Source of the DNA: Phaeosaccion multiseriatum
Lineage: Eukaryota; Protista; Ochrophyta, other classes
Assembly (NCBI GenBank): GCA_965112735.1
Contig: OZ218965.1
Coordinates: 1,054,001-1,118,000 of the forward strand
Direction: 5' to 3'
Length of the DNA stretch: 64,000 bases
Positions 24,775 through 38,232 of this stretch are shown here, piece by piece; position 1 is the first letter of the stretch, and every line of letters begins with the position of its first letter. The notes under the pieces are model-generated. The model searched no databases. It was not told the origin of the DNA and saw only the letters and a list, made by a program, of their open reading frames with translations. The translations under genes and the position numbers were made by a program.

Positions 24775-26259
24775 TTAGATGAAGTTCTTTGTAAAGTCCT
24801 TGAGAAACACGTTGACCACGTTGGCCAGGATGCCGAAGTGCACATCCACAATGAAGGTACGCCATTTGTGACGCATCTTGTATTTTCCATTGTGGAACAA
24901 GTAGGTCCATGCGATGGCAACCAACGGGCAGGGGGTAGATGCGTGCGTACGTGTCGTGTGAGTGAGTGTGTGTGTACATACCAACAGAGGAGCAGAAAGA
25001 GCGAGATGAGAGGCGGAGGAGGAAGGGAGGAAAGGAGCGGTGGGGGGGGGCTGAGGAAAGAAAGAGACTTGAGAGTTGAGACGCGGGTGTCCCCAGAGCG
25101 CGGCACAGAGCAAGGCATTCTTTGCGGACACAAAACGACGCACCCAACCCTCCATCCCACAAACACACACACACACACACACCGACAAACAGGCACACAC
25201 AAGAATACATCCACACACACACACACACGAATACATTCATGCCCATACACAAACACACCCCATACCCACACACAAACACACACACGCACTCGAGGCGGAC
25301 GGCATCACAAAGCCACAAGCGTTTCTCACACCCCTTAGCCACTCACCTGAGGGTTTCCGACCTTACGGATGCCAAAGTAGGTGATGCCCCAGCAAATGCC
25401 TCCGTGGATGGCCTTCTTGAGAGGGGGATGCCAGCTGCGGCACGTCTGAATGAAGCCCTCGAGACTGGTCCAAGAGGCTGGGCACTCCTCGGGGAAGACG
25501 TTGTTGACAACGGCGATGATCACGGCGATGGCGGCCACCACGTACACCATGATCACGCTCTCGTACGCTGTGCGGGGGAGGAGGAGGAGGGGGGAGGAGG
25601 AGGAGGAGGGGGGTAGGGGGAGAGGGGTGGCAGGGGTGGGATTAGATGGGAGAGGGGGAGGAGAGAGAGGTGGGAGGGAGGAGGAGAAATGGAGGTGGGC
25701 AGGGAGAGAGATGGGAGGCACAGGATTGCATTAGAATAAGCGGAACAGAGGGGCTTTTCTCGCTATGCAAAAACACTCACTTGAAGGAATAGATATATCC
25801 GGTGACTTGGGCTTGGTAACCGCCACGGCCTTGCTCACATTGTCCTTGTCTAAGCTAAGACCGTTTCCGTTCTCTGTGAGTGATATCGCCTTGAGACGCG
25901 TTCCATCCGGCAGAGAGGGAGAGAGCACCAAGTCTGGGATCGGGGAGGGGGGAGAGAATATGGAGGATGTGGTAACAATGAGATTGGTGTTAGTGGCGGG
26001 GAAAGAAGTGGAAGGAATACCAATGAGTCACCTTCAGGGTACATAGCCCCTCCCCTCCCTCCCCTCCCCTCCTTTCCCTTTCTTTCTCACCCTGATCATC
26101 GTCTTTAGCATCGACAAAAACCACTCTATCCTTGCTTAGTAGCCCGATCCTGGCGTAGACATGATCCTTGAGCTCCGCATAGCCAGTGTCGGGGTAGAAG
26201 GAGACGACGGTCTCCTCGCCTTTGTAGCTAATATTCAACTTCCTCTTGGATGACGCCAT
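24775..26259 (-). CDS. Hypothetical membrane protein with an N-terminal beta-grasp/PB1-like segment and 2-3 hydrophobic helices (4 exons)
   Basis: MASSKRKLNISYKGEETVVSFYPDTGYAELKDHVYARIG...LVLSPSLPDG; hydrophobic VIMVYVVAAIAVIIAVV; last exon MRHKWRTFIVDVHFGILANVVNVFLKDFTKNFI* after acceptor at 24877. Confidence 0.65.
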
Positions 26260-26619
26260 GTTTGCTTGTGCTGTTCCTCTTCTTGGTGGCGTACTCTCAG
26301 CTCAACAGATATTCCAGCGGCTCCTGCCCTGCGAGCGCTTACTTATTAATTGAGGATCCGATCAAGATCCCACGTGTATGTTTTCCCAAGGAAGTGTGAG
26401 GGACCTGATTGTTTAAAGCCACCGACCCGAGGGGCCCTTCCCTTGAACACATTATAGAGCAGCACGACAATCACAACCACCCCTTGTCCTGTCTTCCGTG
26501 CGGCTGAGACGCTTGATTAACTAAAACCGAGCGGTCCTTAGTGCTCGTCGGAGAAGAGAAGAGAAGAAAGCACGGGAGCTTCTCTTTTATAACTCCTTCG
26601 CGACACCTCTTTCTCGATC

Positions 26620-29600
26620 ATGAAGGCTGCCGCCGCCTCCCTGTTGGCCACAGCTGCCCTACTCGGTAAGGAGGAGAGCGAGGGAGTACGAAGGGACACG
26701 GGAGGGATAGCGGAGAGGATGTGTGGATGAAGTCCTTCATTGTGTCGGATATATGGCTCCCTTTCGCAAGATGGGGGGTGGGGAAAGGTTGAAGGAGGGT
26801 TTGACGAACATCCCCTCCCTTTGACGGCTGGGAGATGGGTTTTACGGATGCTCGTGTCTTGGGGTCCCGGGGGCGCGGTGCATATAATCCCCTCTCTTCT
26901 CGTGCTGTGGAGGAAGCGCCGCAGAAGGAGGGAGAGCTCTCCTAGTGAATCCTTCCTTTGAAGGGAGGGGGGAAGGGGGAAGAATGGCTCGGCATGGACA
27001 AGAAGAGAGATGATTCATCATCACGCCCCCTATACGCCCCCCTTGCCCCCCCCCCTCCCCCCGCCCGGTCACACAGCCTCTCAGGAGGCATCGGCCTTCG
27101 TGCCCCTCTCTGCATCTTCCGGCGCCGCCCTCTCTCGCTCCTCCCAGCCTCGTGCCGGCAGGACTGCAGCTGTCGCACCTGGTGGTGCCAGCCGAGGCAG
27201 GGTGCTGGCGCCGCTGCGCGTAGATCCTGAGGACGACGACGCCCCCAAGGTGTACTATGCCTCAGGTATGTTGATTGGTGCAGGAGGGGGCTCAGCGAGA
27301 GATAGACAGACAGAGAGGGAAAGAGATGTAGAGATATGCAGTTTCCGCAAGGTGCACGATGCCTCAGTTATTTTGATTGACGAAGAGGGCTGGCGAGGCA
27401 CAGACAGACAGAGAGAGAAAGAAACGGAGAGAAGAGAGGGGGAAAGAAAAGGCGCGAGGGAGAGAGAGAGAGAGAGAGAGATGGATACGCAGCCCCCCCC
27501 CCCCAGGTATGCTTGATTGAAGCACAAGTCCCGGGCGACGCGTGGGACGAGGGCCAGCGAGACAGAGAGAAGAGAGAGGAGAGGAGAGAGAGAGGAGAGG
27601 GAGAGACAGAGAGAAGAGGAGAAAGGGAGAGAAGAGAGGGAGAGACAGAGGGAAGAGGAGAGTGAGAGAGTGAAAAGGGGGAGAGACAAGAGAGAAGAGG
27701 AAGGAGAGAGAGAAAAGAGGGAGAGAGAAGAGGAGAGAGAGAGGGGAGGGAGAGACAGAAGACAGACGAGATGGAGAGGGAGAGAGAGAGGTGAGAGGGT
27801 TTTGAGAGGGTTTTGGACATCAAGGCGTTGTTAAATCTCATCCATGACTCCCATGCATGAAGCGTTACACCATTCGACACATACGCACACACCACACACA
27901 CTCACAACCAACCACCCGTCTCTTTTGCTTGCAATCAATCAGAAATCGCCGACGAGAAGGAAAAGACAAGCTTCTCAAGGCAGTTTGGAGACCAGGGAGT
28001 GCGTACCACAGAGCAGACGCGCCAAGGTGGTACACACAACAATGCGGGACCGGCCAACTATGACGGTTACGTGGATGGTGACTCCTTCGATGGAGGGGAT
28101 GGTCAGACGGGGTGTGTGGGGGATGGCAAGATGAACCTCGATGAGTTTGCGTCCAATGAAGTGGTGGTGAAGGAGTCGATGGTGAGGGACAGTAAGTCAC
28201 AGAAGGCGAAGAACGCGTGGGGATCGAATACGGGCTACGCGGACGACCTCAAGAAGCAGGGCCTTGTTGACATTGACGAGGTGAGGAGGAGGGAGGAGGA
28301 GGAAGGGGAAGAGTGAGGGGGAGGAGGGGAGAGGGAGGGAGGAGGTGGAGGAGGACGAGGGGGAAGGAGAAGGGGAGGAGTGAGGAGGGGGAGGAGGACG
28401 AGGGGGAGGGAGAAGGGGAGGAGGGGGGAGGGAGGAGGAGGATCAAGGAGGGGGGCCAATCTTTGTATGGGCTTATGTGTCCATTTGCGTGGACCTGCGG
28501 CTCCCTCCTCATTGCCTTCTGCTCCCCTCCTCTCCTCCTCCCCCCCACCCTTTCCCCCGCTGCCCCTCCCTCCCAGTCTGGCGAGGACAAGAAGGCCGTC
28601 CGTCGGCAGCAGTTCGAGAACTGGCGCAACCAGCAGGACCTGCAGAGCAGGCAAAGGCAGTCCATCACTCTTGAGGAGCAGATCACAGGGGAGGGAGACT
28701 ACGTTTCCGGGGCGGGATGGAAGAAGGTGAGTTTGCAGTTTGCAGTTGAGAGGTTTTGTTTGTTGTTGAGCTTTTGATTTTCAGTTTCGTAAGGCCGCAC
28801 TCAGTTTGTTACCTCACTTCCTCCTCCTCCTCCTCCTCCTCCTCCTCCTCCTCCTCCTCCTCCTCCTCCTCGTCCTCCTTTCTTTTACCTCCCTCCTTCC
28901 CCAGGGAGTGAACAGTTACCTTGACAACATGTCGGGCAAGGTCGGGGTGGAGAGTGACGACGATTGGAAGAACCCCACCTACACCGCCACGGGGAGGAGC
29001 GACGGAGAGCAGTGGGGAGAGATTAGGCTCGAGGGCAACGAGAAGGTCCGTTTCAGTTTCAGTTTCAGCTTATGTGGACCTCATCCAAACCTCCGATGGT
29101 CGATACCAGCCAGCCGATGAGTGTCATTCAAGTCTGTCAGTCATTCAGTCAGACAGTCAGTCAGTGTCGGGTGGGCAGTGGCAGCAGCAGCAGCAGCAGC
29201 AGGAGGAGGAGGAGGAGGAGGAGGAGGAGGAGGAGGAGGAGGAGGAGGAACGAGGTGGCGACACGGGAGTGGGCCGGGCGTTGGGAGGATGGCGTTTCAA
29301 GCGTTTCAAGCGTTTTAAGCGCGTGCCTGCCTCTGTTGTTTTTAACGAACTCTCTTTCCTCATGCGCACCCTGCCCACACGCACACAGGTCAAGGACACT
29401 CTGACTGTGACGAGCGAGCGCGGTAGGCCGGGAGTGACCACCATCGAGGTTAAGAACACCGTCATGGGGTTCGAGCCCTTCCATTGCGCCTTCTTCGGGG
29501 ACAACGTTGAGGGCTTCAGGTGCGGTACAACAGCAGCGGCAGCAGCAGCAGCAGCAGCAGCAGGAGCAGCAGCAGGGGCAGGAGGAGGAGGAGGAAGGAA

Positions 29601-29997
29601 GGGGGGGGGGGGTTGCTTTGTTTTCGTCTGAATCGAGACCATTCTCCCTTCTTTCTCTCTCTTTCTGGCCGGTTCTCCTCCTGGGTGAACCCCTTCCGAG
29701 CTTGTCGCTGACGCTCCCTCCCTTCTGTCTGCCCCCTTCCACCCCCTCCTTCTCTGTCATATTCCGCTCCATCTACTCTTTCCTGACCTTCCCTCCCACG
29801 AACACAACGAACACCACCCCACCCCACTCCTCAGCTGTAGTCCTATGGAGGGCACCCTAAACCGCCGCAGCGGCCCCCCGATCCCCATTGACGTGCTGTT
29901 CAAGGGCATGTCCCCGGGGGACAACCGTAACGCCAAACTCGTCATCGAAACGGAGGAGGACAAGTTTGTGTACATCGTGGAGGGGCGCTCGCAGTAA
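26620..29997 (+). CDS. Plastid-targeted unknown protein with a C-terminal Ig/MSP-like beta domain, ~7 exons
   Basis: Signal peptide MKAAAASLLATAALL + ASQEASAFVP (ASAFAP-type cleavage motif) + S/A/R-rich transit peptide. Later exons GYVDGDSFDGGDGQ, KNAWGSNTGYADDL, RRQQFENWRNQ, VKNTVMGFEPFHCAF...GTLNRRSG...EGRSQ*. Confidence 0.8.
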
Positions 29998-30882
29998 GGA
30001 GGGGAGGAGGGGAAAGAAGCTCGCAGTGAGGAGGAGAGGAGGGGAGAGGAGCTGAAAGTGAGGGGAGGAGGGAAGGGGTGACACGAGGTTAGGCGAAGCT
30101 TTCCGAGTGAGGGGGGAAGGGAAAAGGAGGGGGGTGAGAGGCAGAAAGGGGGAGAGAGAAGAGAAAGAGAGGGAGGTCGGCAGACCGAAAACCAAAGAAA
30201 GGACGGCGGGACTGCTCCCGTGAGCACGCACGCACGCACGCACACAGGCAGGCGCGCACATTCCTCCCTCCCCCCGCAGTCACCACCGTGTGCGGTGAGA
30301 GGGAGCGGCGAAGGGGAGTGGGTCGGTAACGTTTTAGTGGTTACAGAAAAGCGGAAAAGCTGTTTCATCGGACGGAGTACGTCGAAAGAGGCTTTCGGCA
30401 GGCACCTTACACGCAAACTATGAACTCTTTCTTATCGTACCAGGGATGCAGTGGTGGGGGCGCGGATGGTGGTCTTTGCACTATGTGCAGCACCGCAGGC
30501 ATTACAGTTACAGCTTGGAGAAAGGGAGGAAAGGAAGAGAACGGCCTGAAGTAATCGTTTACGATGATACCATCAAGTTTTTTAGTTTCAACATTTCATC
30601 AATTTTAATCAATAATCAGTCACCATTGTACATTCCCCCCCCCCCTTTTCTCCTTAATTCTCAACTGCAAAAACTGCAAGGGAGACAGGCGGTATCCCTT
30701 GCAGGCAATTGTGTGAGTGATGACATGCACGCATCACTAGTGCTACCCACCACCTACCAGCCAACCACCAATGCCCTGCCCCCCCCCAACCAGGCCCAAC
30801 CAGGGGCTTTCAGCGTGACACGTGTAGACACACATGTACGGGCTCTTGGGAAACGAACAATGGGGTGTGGCGTGGGGAGATG

Positions 30883-30913
<31 letters not shown>

Positions 30914-31251
30914 CGGTGATAATGACGCTGATGCATATCATCCACAAACGGTTCAATGAGAATCACCCGTTTCCTCTGGTGCTGGTGGTGCTGCCGATAC
31001 TCTCTCCGTCGCTGACATAAACATAGACTTACCTCCCTCTTCCCCCACTTCTCTTCCCTTTGCTGGGAGAGGAATTTCACCGCTCGGAATTATCCCAATT
31101 CCTCTCCTCTCCTGTCATGCTTCTGACAGGTACTGTCTCCTCCTCCTCCTCCTCCTCCTCCTCCTCCTCCTCCTCCTCCTCCTCCTTCTCCTCCTCCTGC
31201 TGCTGCTCCTCCTCCTCCTCTTCCTCCCCCTCGTCCTCCTCCTCCTCCTCC

Positions 31252-34200
31252 TCAACCCCCGATGGTGATCATGGGTCGGTTCGGACTCGAGGCAATCCCG
31301 TACATGTCACCGTGGCCACCAAGCGCAAACTTTTTGCCCCTCACCGCCACCCCCACGAGGGCCCCAAGCTCTCTCTCGGAGAAGTCTCCCCTCATGGCGT
31401 CTCGGAGAGAGAGACTCTCGTCACCGAACAAGCACACCTGTTGAGGGAGGGGAGGGGGAGGGCAGGGCAGGTGGAGGGGGTGTTGTGTTTGGGCAGGCAG
31501 GCGGGGAGGCAGGCGAGCCAGAGGGAGGGAGGGGAGGGGAGGGGAACGCAGGAGGAGAGATGCGAGATGGGTGAGTGGGCAAGCAGCAGCAGAAGAGGGT
31601 AGTGAAAAGAGGAACGAGAGAGGCGGGGGCAGAGAGAGAGAGACTAGAGAAGAGAGAGAGAGAGAGAGAGAGAGGTGGGTAGAGCTCTGGAAGGCGAGAC
31701 AGGGCCCGGAGAAAGGGCGAGGAGGACAAACAGATAGAATACAATAGGAAGCAGCACAAAGGACTCACCAAACCAAACGCGCAACACACACACACAAACA
31801 CACACACACACGCACGCACACACACACACACACATGCACACCCACATACACACCCACACCCACCCACACGCACACACCCACACACCTTCAAAGAGCCGTC
31901 AGCCGTGAGTCTCAGGCGATTGCACGTGCCGCAAAAGTGCTCGGTCATGCTAGTGATGAAGCCCACCCTACCCTCATGCCCAGGCACCCTCCACCACTTG
32001 GTCGTGTCGTTGGCCGAGTCCTTCTCCCTGGCCAGGGTGGGCCATTGGTCGCGTAGGAGGGAGAGCTGCTCGTGGTAACTGACGAAACGGTTGTCGTCCC
32101 AGCGGTTGTCGTCGAAGGGCATCCACTCAATGAAGCGGACGTCAATTTTTCGGTCCTTTGTGAGGTGGAGGAAGTCCGTCAGCTCCTCCTCGTTGGTGCC
32201 TCGCATCACTGATCAATCGTGCCAAGCAAAGCAGTTGGTGATAGAGAGCAGCAGCAGCGGTGGGTGAGACAGCAGACTTTGATGACAACAGGAAAGTAGA
32301 CAAGACGGGGTGAAACTAGTAACAATCGAACAACGCAAGAACCGAGAAACCCACACCACGGTACCGCACACTGTAACCGTCTGTAACCGTACCTACGCAA
32401 TTGATCTTGAGCGTGCCTCCATACCCGAGCTCCAGGGCCGTGTCCAGCGCCCCCAGCACCCGATCGAGCCCCTTCCTCCGGGCAATGGCCTGGAACTTGT
32501 CAGGACAGAGAGTGTCGAGGCTCACGTTGATGTGCGTGAGGCCTGCTTCCAAGAGGCTCGGCAGCCGCTTGGAGAGGGTGATGCCGTTGGTGGTGATACC
32601 GACGCTGTGCACGCCTGTTGTGGGGGAGAGGAGGGGGCAGGAGGAGGAGGAGGAGGAGGAGTAGGAGGAGAGGCGTGAGGATGCGTATGGATGGCTCCCT
32701 GCTGTCCATCCTAGCTCCAATCTCTTTCCTCTCTGTATCACCCTGGCCCCTCCTTTCTCGACCCACAATCGATTTCAGCTCCTATCTCTCCTACGTTCCT
32801 GCCCCCCTCCTTCCTCGGCTCTCCGGTCATAGTCATAGACGAAGAGTACTCTCTCACCCTCTTACCTCGATTGCTCCTCAAGCCTGCCACGATCTCGGGC
32901 AAGTCGCGGCGCAGCAAGGGCTCTCCTCCCGTGAGGCGAACCTGTTGTTATTCACACACAGTAGGGCAGAGCAGACAGGTCGTCGCCAGTTGGGGTGTAG
33001 GTAGATGAGATGATGGATAGATGGATAGAGTGGGGAGACGCGGAGTATGAAGGGGGGAGGGATGAAAAGGGGAGGGAGGGAGGGAGAGGAGAAAAGAGGG
33101 GTAAGGGACAAGCGAAGTATACACATTAGCACGACATGGGAGAGGGAGGGGAAGGCGAGAAATGAGAGACAGACAGCGCGCCCGTTCCATTCTTTCGGAA
33201 GCCCCCCCAGTCCAACCAACCCCCCCCCTCTCCCTCCCTCTTGTATTAGTGTCATCACCATCCTCCCCACTCCCGGTCGCCTACGACCCCTCTCGCTCCT
33301 CACCTTGTCCACTCCTGCCTGTGCGAACATGTCACCCAGGCGCAGAATCTCCGGTGTGCTGAGCATCTTCTCTTGGGGCTGCAGATCCACGCCGTCGGCG
33401 GGCATGCAGTACACACAGCGAAGGTTGCAGCGCTCCGTGAGGGAGATGCGAAGGTAGTTGTGAAAGCGGCCGTATGTGTCCGATAGCATGCTTTGGACCG
33501 AAGCATCAGCAGCAGCAGCAGCAGCAGGAGCAGGAGGAGGGTGCTGGTGCTGGTGCTGTTGCTGTTGTGTCAAGTGTGTAGGTTGTGGTGCTGCTGCTAA
33601 GGCGGCATCTTCTGACCGCACGAGTTGTTTGGCAAGAGCACGTAGGGACTCCAAGTCTCTCGGGACGGATGAAGAGGTAGATGACGATGCTGTGGAGGGA
33701 GGCAGAGATATGGAGAGGTTGAGAGAGGGGGAAAAGGAAGGAGGAAGACAGGGAGAGAGAGATTGCGTGCGTGCGTGTGAGCGAAAGAGAGGAAGAGAAA
33801 GACACAGAGACGGAGAAGGAGAGAAGGAAGAAAGAAAGAAGGTAGGTGGGAAGTGTTGGTGTGCAGTGAGTGGTGTTCACACGATGGCGAAGAACGTGTT
33901 AACAAGATCAGTCAAAGAGGCGCCGGCACGTATGTAAAGACTCAGAGTAGGTACAGCTACTGCCATCTGCAGGCACCACAATGAACTCACCCTTCGTAGG
34001 CTGCTGCCGCTCTGCCGCTGCTGTCGAGGCCTGGACGAAATGGGCCAAGCCTGGGCCCTCTCGAATGTACTTGCTGCTCCTATGTCGCTGATGCTGATGC
34101 AGAGCCTCGCCCTCGTCGTCCTCTTCGTCCTCATCGCTGCTACTGTCCTGCACTTGGGCCACTGCTGACGCCATCATCTCCCTGCGAGGCGTGGCGGCGA

Positions 34201-34684
34201 CGGCCAGACCTCTGGTGCCCCCTCCAGCTGCTGACGGAGGCTGCTGACCTGGACCCCCATCACCACTGCGCCTCTTACTTGCACATCCTCTAGAGCTGCT
34301 ATTGGTGCTGCTAATGGTGCTGAAGCGACGAAGTCCCGCTCCTCCACCGGCATGAAGATCATGATGATTGTTCTTGTGAATCACTCCGTTCCTCCCGCTG
34401 TCCTCGGCTCTGGCTGGTGCACCCAACCAGCCTTGGCCACCGCTGTGGTAGCTCCGACCCTGCCAACATGATCCCTCGGCGGCACCGTGTGGAGCTCGGG
34501 ATTCGTCGCGTCGTCTCCTTCTGGACCCCGCCACTGCTCCCTTTCTTGGTCCTTCTCCTCCTCCCCCTCCTCCTCCTCCTCCTCCTCCTCCTCCTCCTCC
34601 TCCCCCCAGCGACGTGTACACAGCAGCTGCCGCTGTCCGCTGGTGTTGCTGCAAGCATCTCCCAGACTGTAGCAGCAGCGTCAT
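31252..34684 (-). CDS. CNX2: GTP 3',8-cyclase (molybdenum cofactor biosynthesis MoaA/CNX2/MOCS1A), 6 exons
   Basis: YLRISLTERCNLRCVYCMP (radical SAM CxxxCxxC), [53 protein letters not shown] and the C-terminal RPMITIGG* double glycine. Confidence 0.95.
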
Positions 34685-35787
34685 CGCTCCCCTTTCTTCT
34701 TGTGACTACTGTAATTTATTTCTTTGAGATTTTTCTGTTTCCAGGCCGGGGTGATTGGAAATGACGAACAATGACGATCGAACCTTTCCGCGTGGGAGTG
34801 ACGGAATGAGGGCAGGGAGTGAGAGTGGTGCTGGGTGCGTGAGTGCGTCAGCAAGTGAGTGAGTCAGTGAGTGAGTGCGTGAGTGTGTGACTGAGTGAGG
34901 GCGTGACTGAGTGAGGGCGTGAGATGGAGCGAGTGAGTGAGTGACTGAGGAGCGAGCGAGGGAGGGAGGGAGTGAGTGAGTAAGCGAGTGAGTGAACGAG
35001 TGAAGGAGTGAGTGAGTGAGCGAGTGAGTCAATGAGTGAAGTGTGAGGAGGACCCGCCATCAACCCCTGCGCTGAGCTCTACCCTGCTATTCCTGCTATA
35101 CGAGTATCTGTCGTCCGAGTTCCTACTATGATGAGAGACGAAAGAAACTGAACGGAGTCAGCCACAGAAGTGCCCGCACATAACAGGTCCTAGTACCTGA
35201 CCAAGGGCCTGAGGCTCCTCTAGACGTGCCAAATTTCAAATTTCCGTCCGAGAGGCCTACACCGAAACACCGCGAGACACGTCTGGGGCCGAAATGGGGC
35301 CGAAAGGAGAGGGATGAATCGGGGTTGACCCGACCATGTGTGCTAATCGAGCTGTGATGTGATGTGATGTGATGTGATGTGATGTCCATCTTGTCCCCAT
35401 ACACGTAACCGCAACAAATTGAAATATGCTTCCTCCTTCCCCAGTCCTGGTGGACACGGTAAAGCACGTTCGATTGTTCTCCCTAAACCATGTTCGATTG
35501 TTCTCTCTCTTCCCCCCCCCCCCTCCTCTCCGCCTTCCTTGTTCCTCCACCATCGACCCCTTCACAAGGCCGAAGAGAACAGAAGAGAGGCAGAGAGACG
35601 TAGTGGTACCTAACCACCAACTGAGCACCAAATCACCCCCCCCCCCCCCCCTACACCCCCGTTCGGACCAGCAGTAGCAAGGCCCTCAGCAACCCTCTCA
35701 GTTGGCCCCTCCCTCTCACTCTCCTCTCTCTCTCTCTCTCTCTCTCCCTCTCTCTCTCTCTCCCTCTCTCCCTCTCTCTCTCGGGTC

Positions 35788-37617
35788 TCATACGGACTGG
35801 GAGGAGGTCGCCGCTTCCCGCATAGCTGCCCTCTTCTGATCCAACTTTGCCTTGATACGGAGGCCCCTCTCCGCCTCGAGCTTGGCAGCCTTAATCTGCG
35901 GGTTGCCTGTGGGACACACACACAGAACAGAGTAGAGCAGTAGGGAAGCAAAGCAGACCACAGCAGGGAAGCACAGGAGACCACAGCAGGGAAGCACAGC
36001 AGACCACAGCAGGGAAGCACACAGCGGCGCAGACCAGTTGGGGGGGGGGGCAGCGGCAGCATACATCACAGCACCGCGGGTGAGGACGAGACGAACGAAC
36101 GTGGAGCGCGACAAACCTTCATAATTCACTCGCAATGCATCCTCATCCTCTTCACTTTCTTCGGTGATTCCTTTAAGTCAATAATACTGCCTCATCCCCC
36201 TCTCCGCTTCTCGAACGAAAGAAGGAAGGAAGGAAGGAATGAAAGAAGGAAGAAAGGAAAGGTAGGGATGTCGTACAGACCCTTCCTATGCCTTACGTAA
36301 GGAGGCATAAGCGTACCTGGCTCCATGTCCTCAAGTGTGGCCAAGTCTTGGAGGGTCTCTTCGTAGTATGCCATTAGGCGGTGCGCCTCCGCCCTGCGGA
36401 AGAGCGCCTTCTTGTTGCCACTGTCCAGCCGGAGCACCTAAAGGGGGGGACGGAGGGAGGCATGGAGGGTGGGAGGGAGGGAGGGAGGGAGGCAGAGAGG
36501 GAGGCAGGCAGGCAGGGAAGGAGGGAGGCAGAGGGAGGGAGGGAGGGAGGGAGGGAGGGAGGGAGAGAGAGCGGGAGGGGCAGGGGTAAGGGATGGCAGA
36601 GACGCAACCGCACACGCGCGCGCACACACACACAGAGCACAAGGGAACAAGGAGAGGCAGAACGTACAGACGATGGAGAGGAGACAAACTGATCGTCCTT
36701 GCGAACATGTGAGTGAGTGAGTGAGTGAGTGGGTGAGTGAGTGAGTGAGAGAGTGAGTGAGTGAGTGGGTGAGTGAGTGAGTGAGTGAGTGAGAGAGTGA
36801 GTGAGCGAATGAGGGAGAGAGTGAGTGGCTTACTTCTTCCACGTCGATAAGACACCTCTCCGGTAGGGGCTTGGGAAGCTGCAGGGAGACCAGTGCACGG
36901 TTATTCAGAGCGTCTATACAATCGGGGTGGAATGCCTCGATGAGGCTGAGGAGGGGAGATGGCAGTGGATGGAGACGGAGCAGATGGCAGTGGATGGAAA
37001 GTGGGTGTCGGGGACGAGAGGAAAAGGGAGGGAGGGAGGGGAGAGGGGAGGAAGGAGGAAGGAAGAGAAGTGAGAGCAGTAAGGTAGATTGGGCGATTGG
37101 ATAGGCTGTCTTTCTCTCATCAACAGAACCCATGCACCTCTCTTTTCTCTTTCTCTCTTTCTCTGAGCACAAACACCACACACACACATACTCACCACCC
37201 ACCCACGCAGCCAACCATTCATGCCACGACACCCACCCACACACACAGACGATATACACACACATAAACACACGCACACACACACAGACGACATACACAC
37301 ACAGAGACGACATACACACACACACATACACACACACACAGAGACGACATATACACACACGCAGAAACAGAAACACACACGGCTCACCCGGACAGCAGCT
37401 CGCTCGCCCCTTCCTTGTTGCCCTCCTTGATCAGCTCATTGGCCGTGCGAAGGTCGTACCGGTACATGTCCCCACCCTTCTTCCCAAGCCTGCCCTTGGC
37501 CCACACCTCGCCTCCCCACCACTCCGTTCGAGTCTCCCAAGCTGCCAGGGCGATACGTTTTCGCGCCGCCCGCTCCACTTCAGCTGCGGTCACTGGCACA
37601 GCTCCTCCTTGCTGTAG

Positions 37618-37670
<53 letters not shown>

Positions 37671-37701
37671 GCTGTGGTGGTGGTGGTGGTGGTGGTGATC
37701 G

Positions 37702-37760
<59 letters not shown>

Positions 37761-38198
37761 CTATTGGGGACCCAGCGCCAGCAGCAATGGGGACAGTAGC
37801 CTGCTTTCCATTTGATAGGCTCTGGCTCTGGCTCTTCACCAAGCCCGCCCCCCCCTGCTCCTCCTCCTCCTCCTCCTCCTCCTCCTCCTCCTCCTCCTCC
37901 TCCTCCTCCCCCCTCTCCTCCTCCTTCCCTTCCCCCCCCTCCTGCTCCTCCTTCTCCTCCTCGACGTCGTTTGGAGTTTCAGTTCGCCCGTCTGTAACGT
38001 CCTTGCCCTCACTGCTGCCTAGAGGAGGCGACGAAGGGTGTGGAGCTGAAGCGGCGGCGCTTGGCGGCGGGTGGGGGGAGGGAAGAGAGTTTGACACGGA
38101 GAACGACAGAGCGGGCCCTTCCCAGGCCGGATCACCACCTGCTCCCCCTCCTCCTGCCGCTGCCCCTCCGCTTCCTCCTCCTCCTCCTCCTCCTCCTC

Positions 38199-38232
<34 letters not shown>

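Noticed and set aside
10667-34684. DHFR plus MoaA as a pterin gene cluster
   Set aside because: They are 20 kb apart with unrelated genes between; nothing supports co-regulation.
35125-35215. ATGATGA...CTGA as a C/D snoRNA or hammerhead core
   Set aside because: No terminal stem, no recognisable rRNA-antisense guide, and the hammerhead CUGANGA core and stems are not met.
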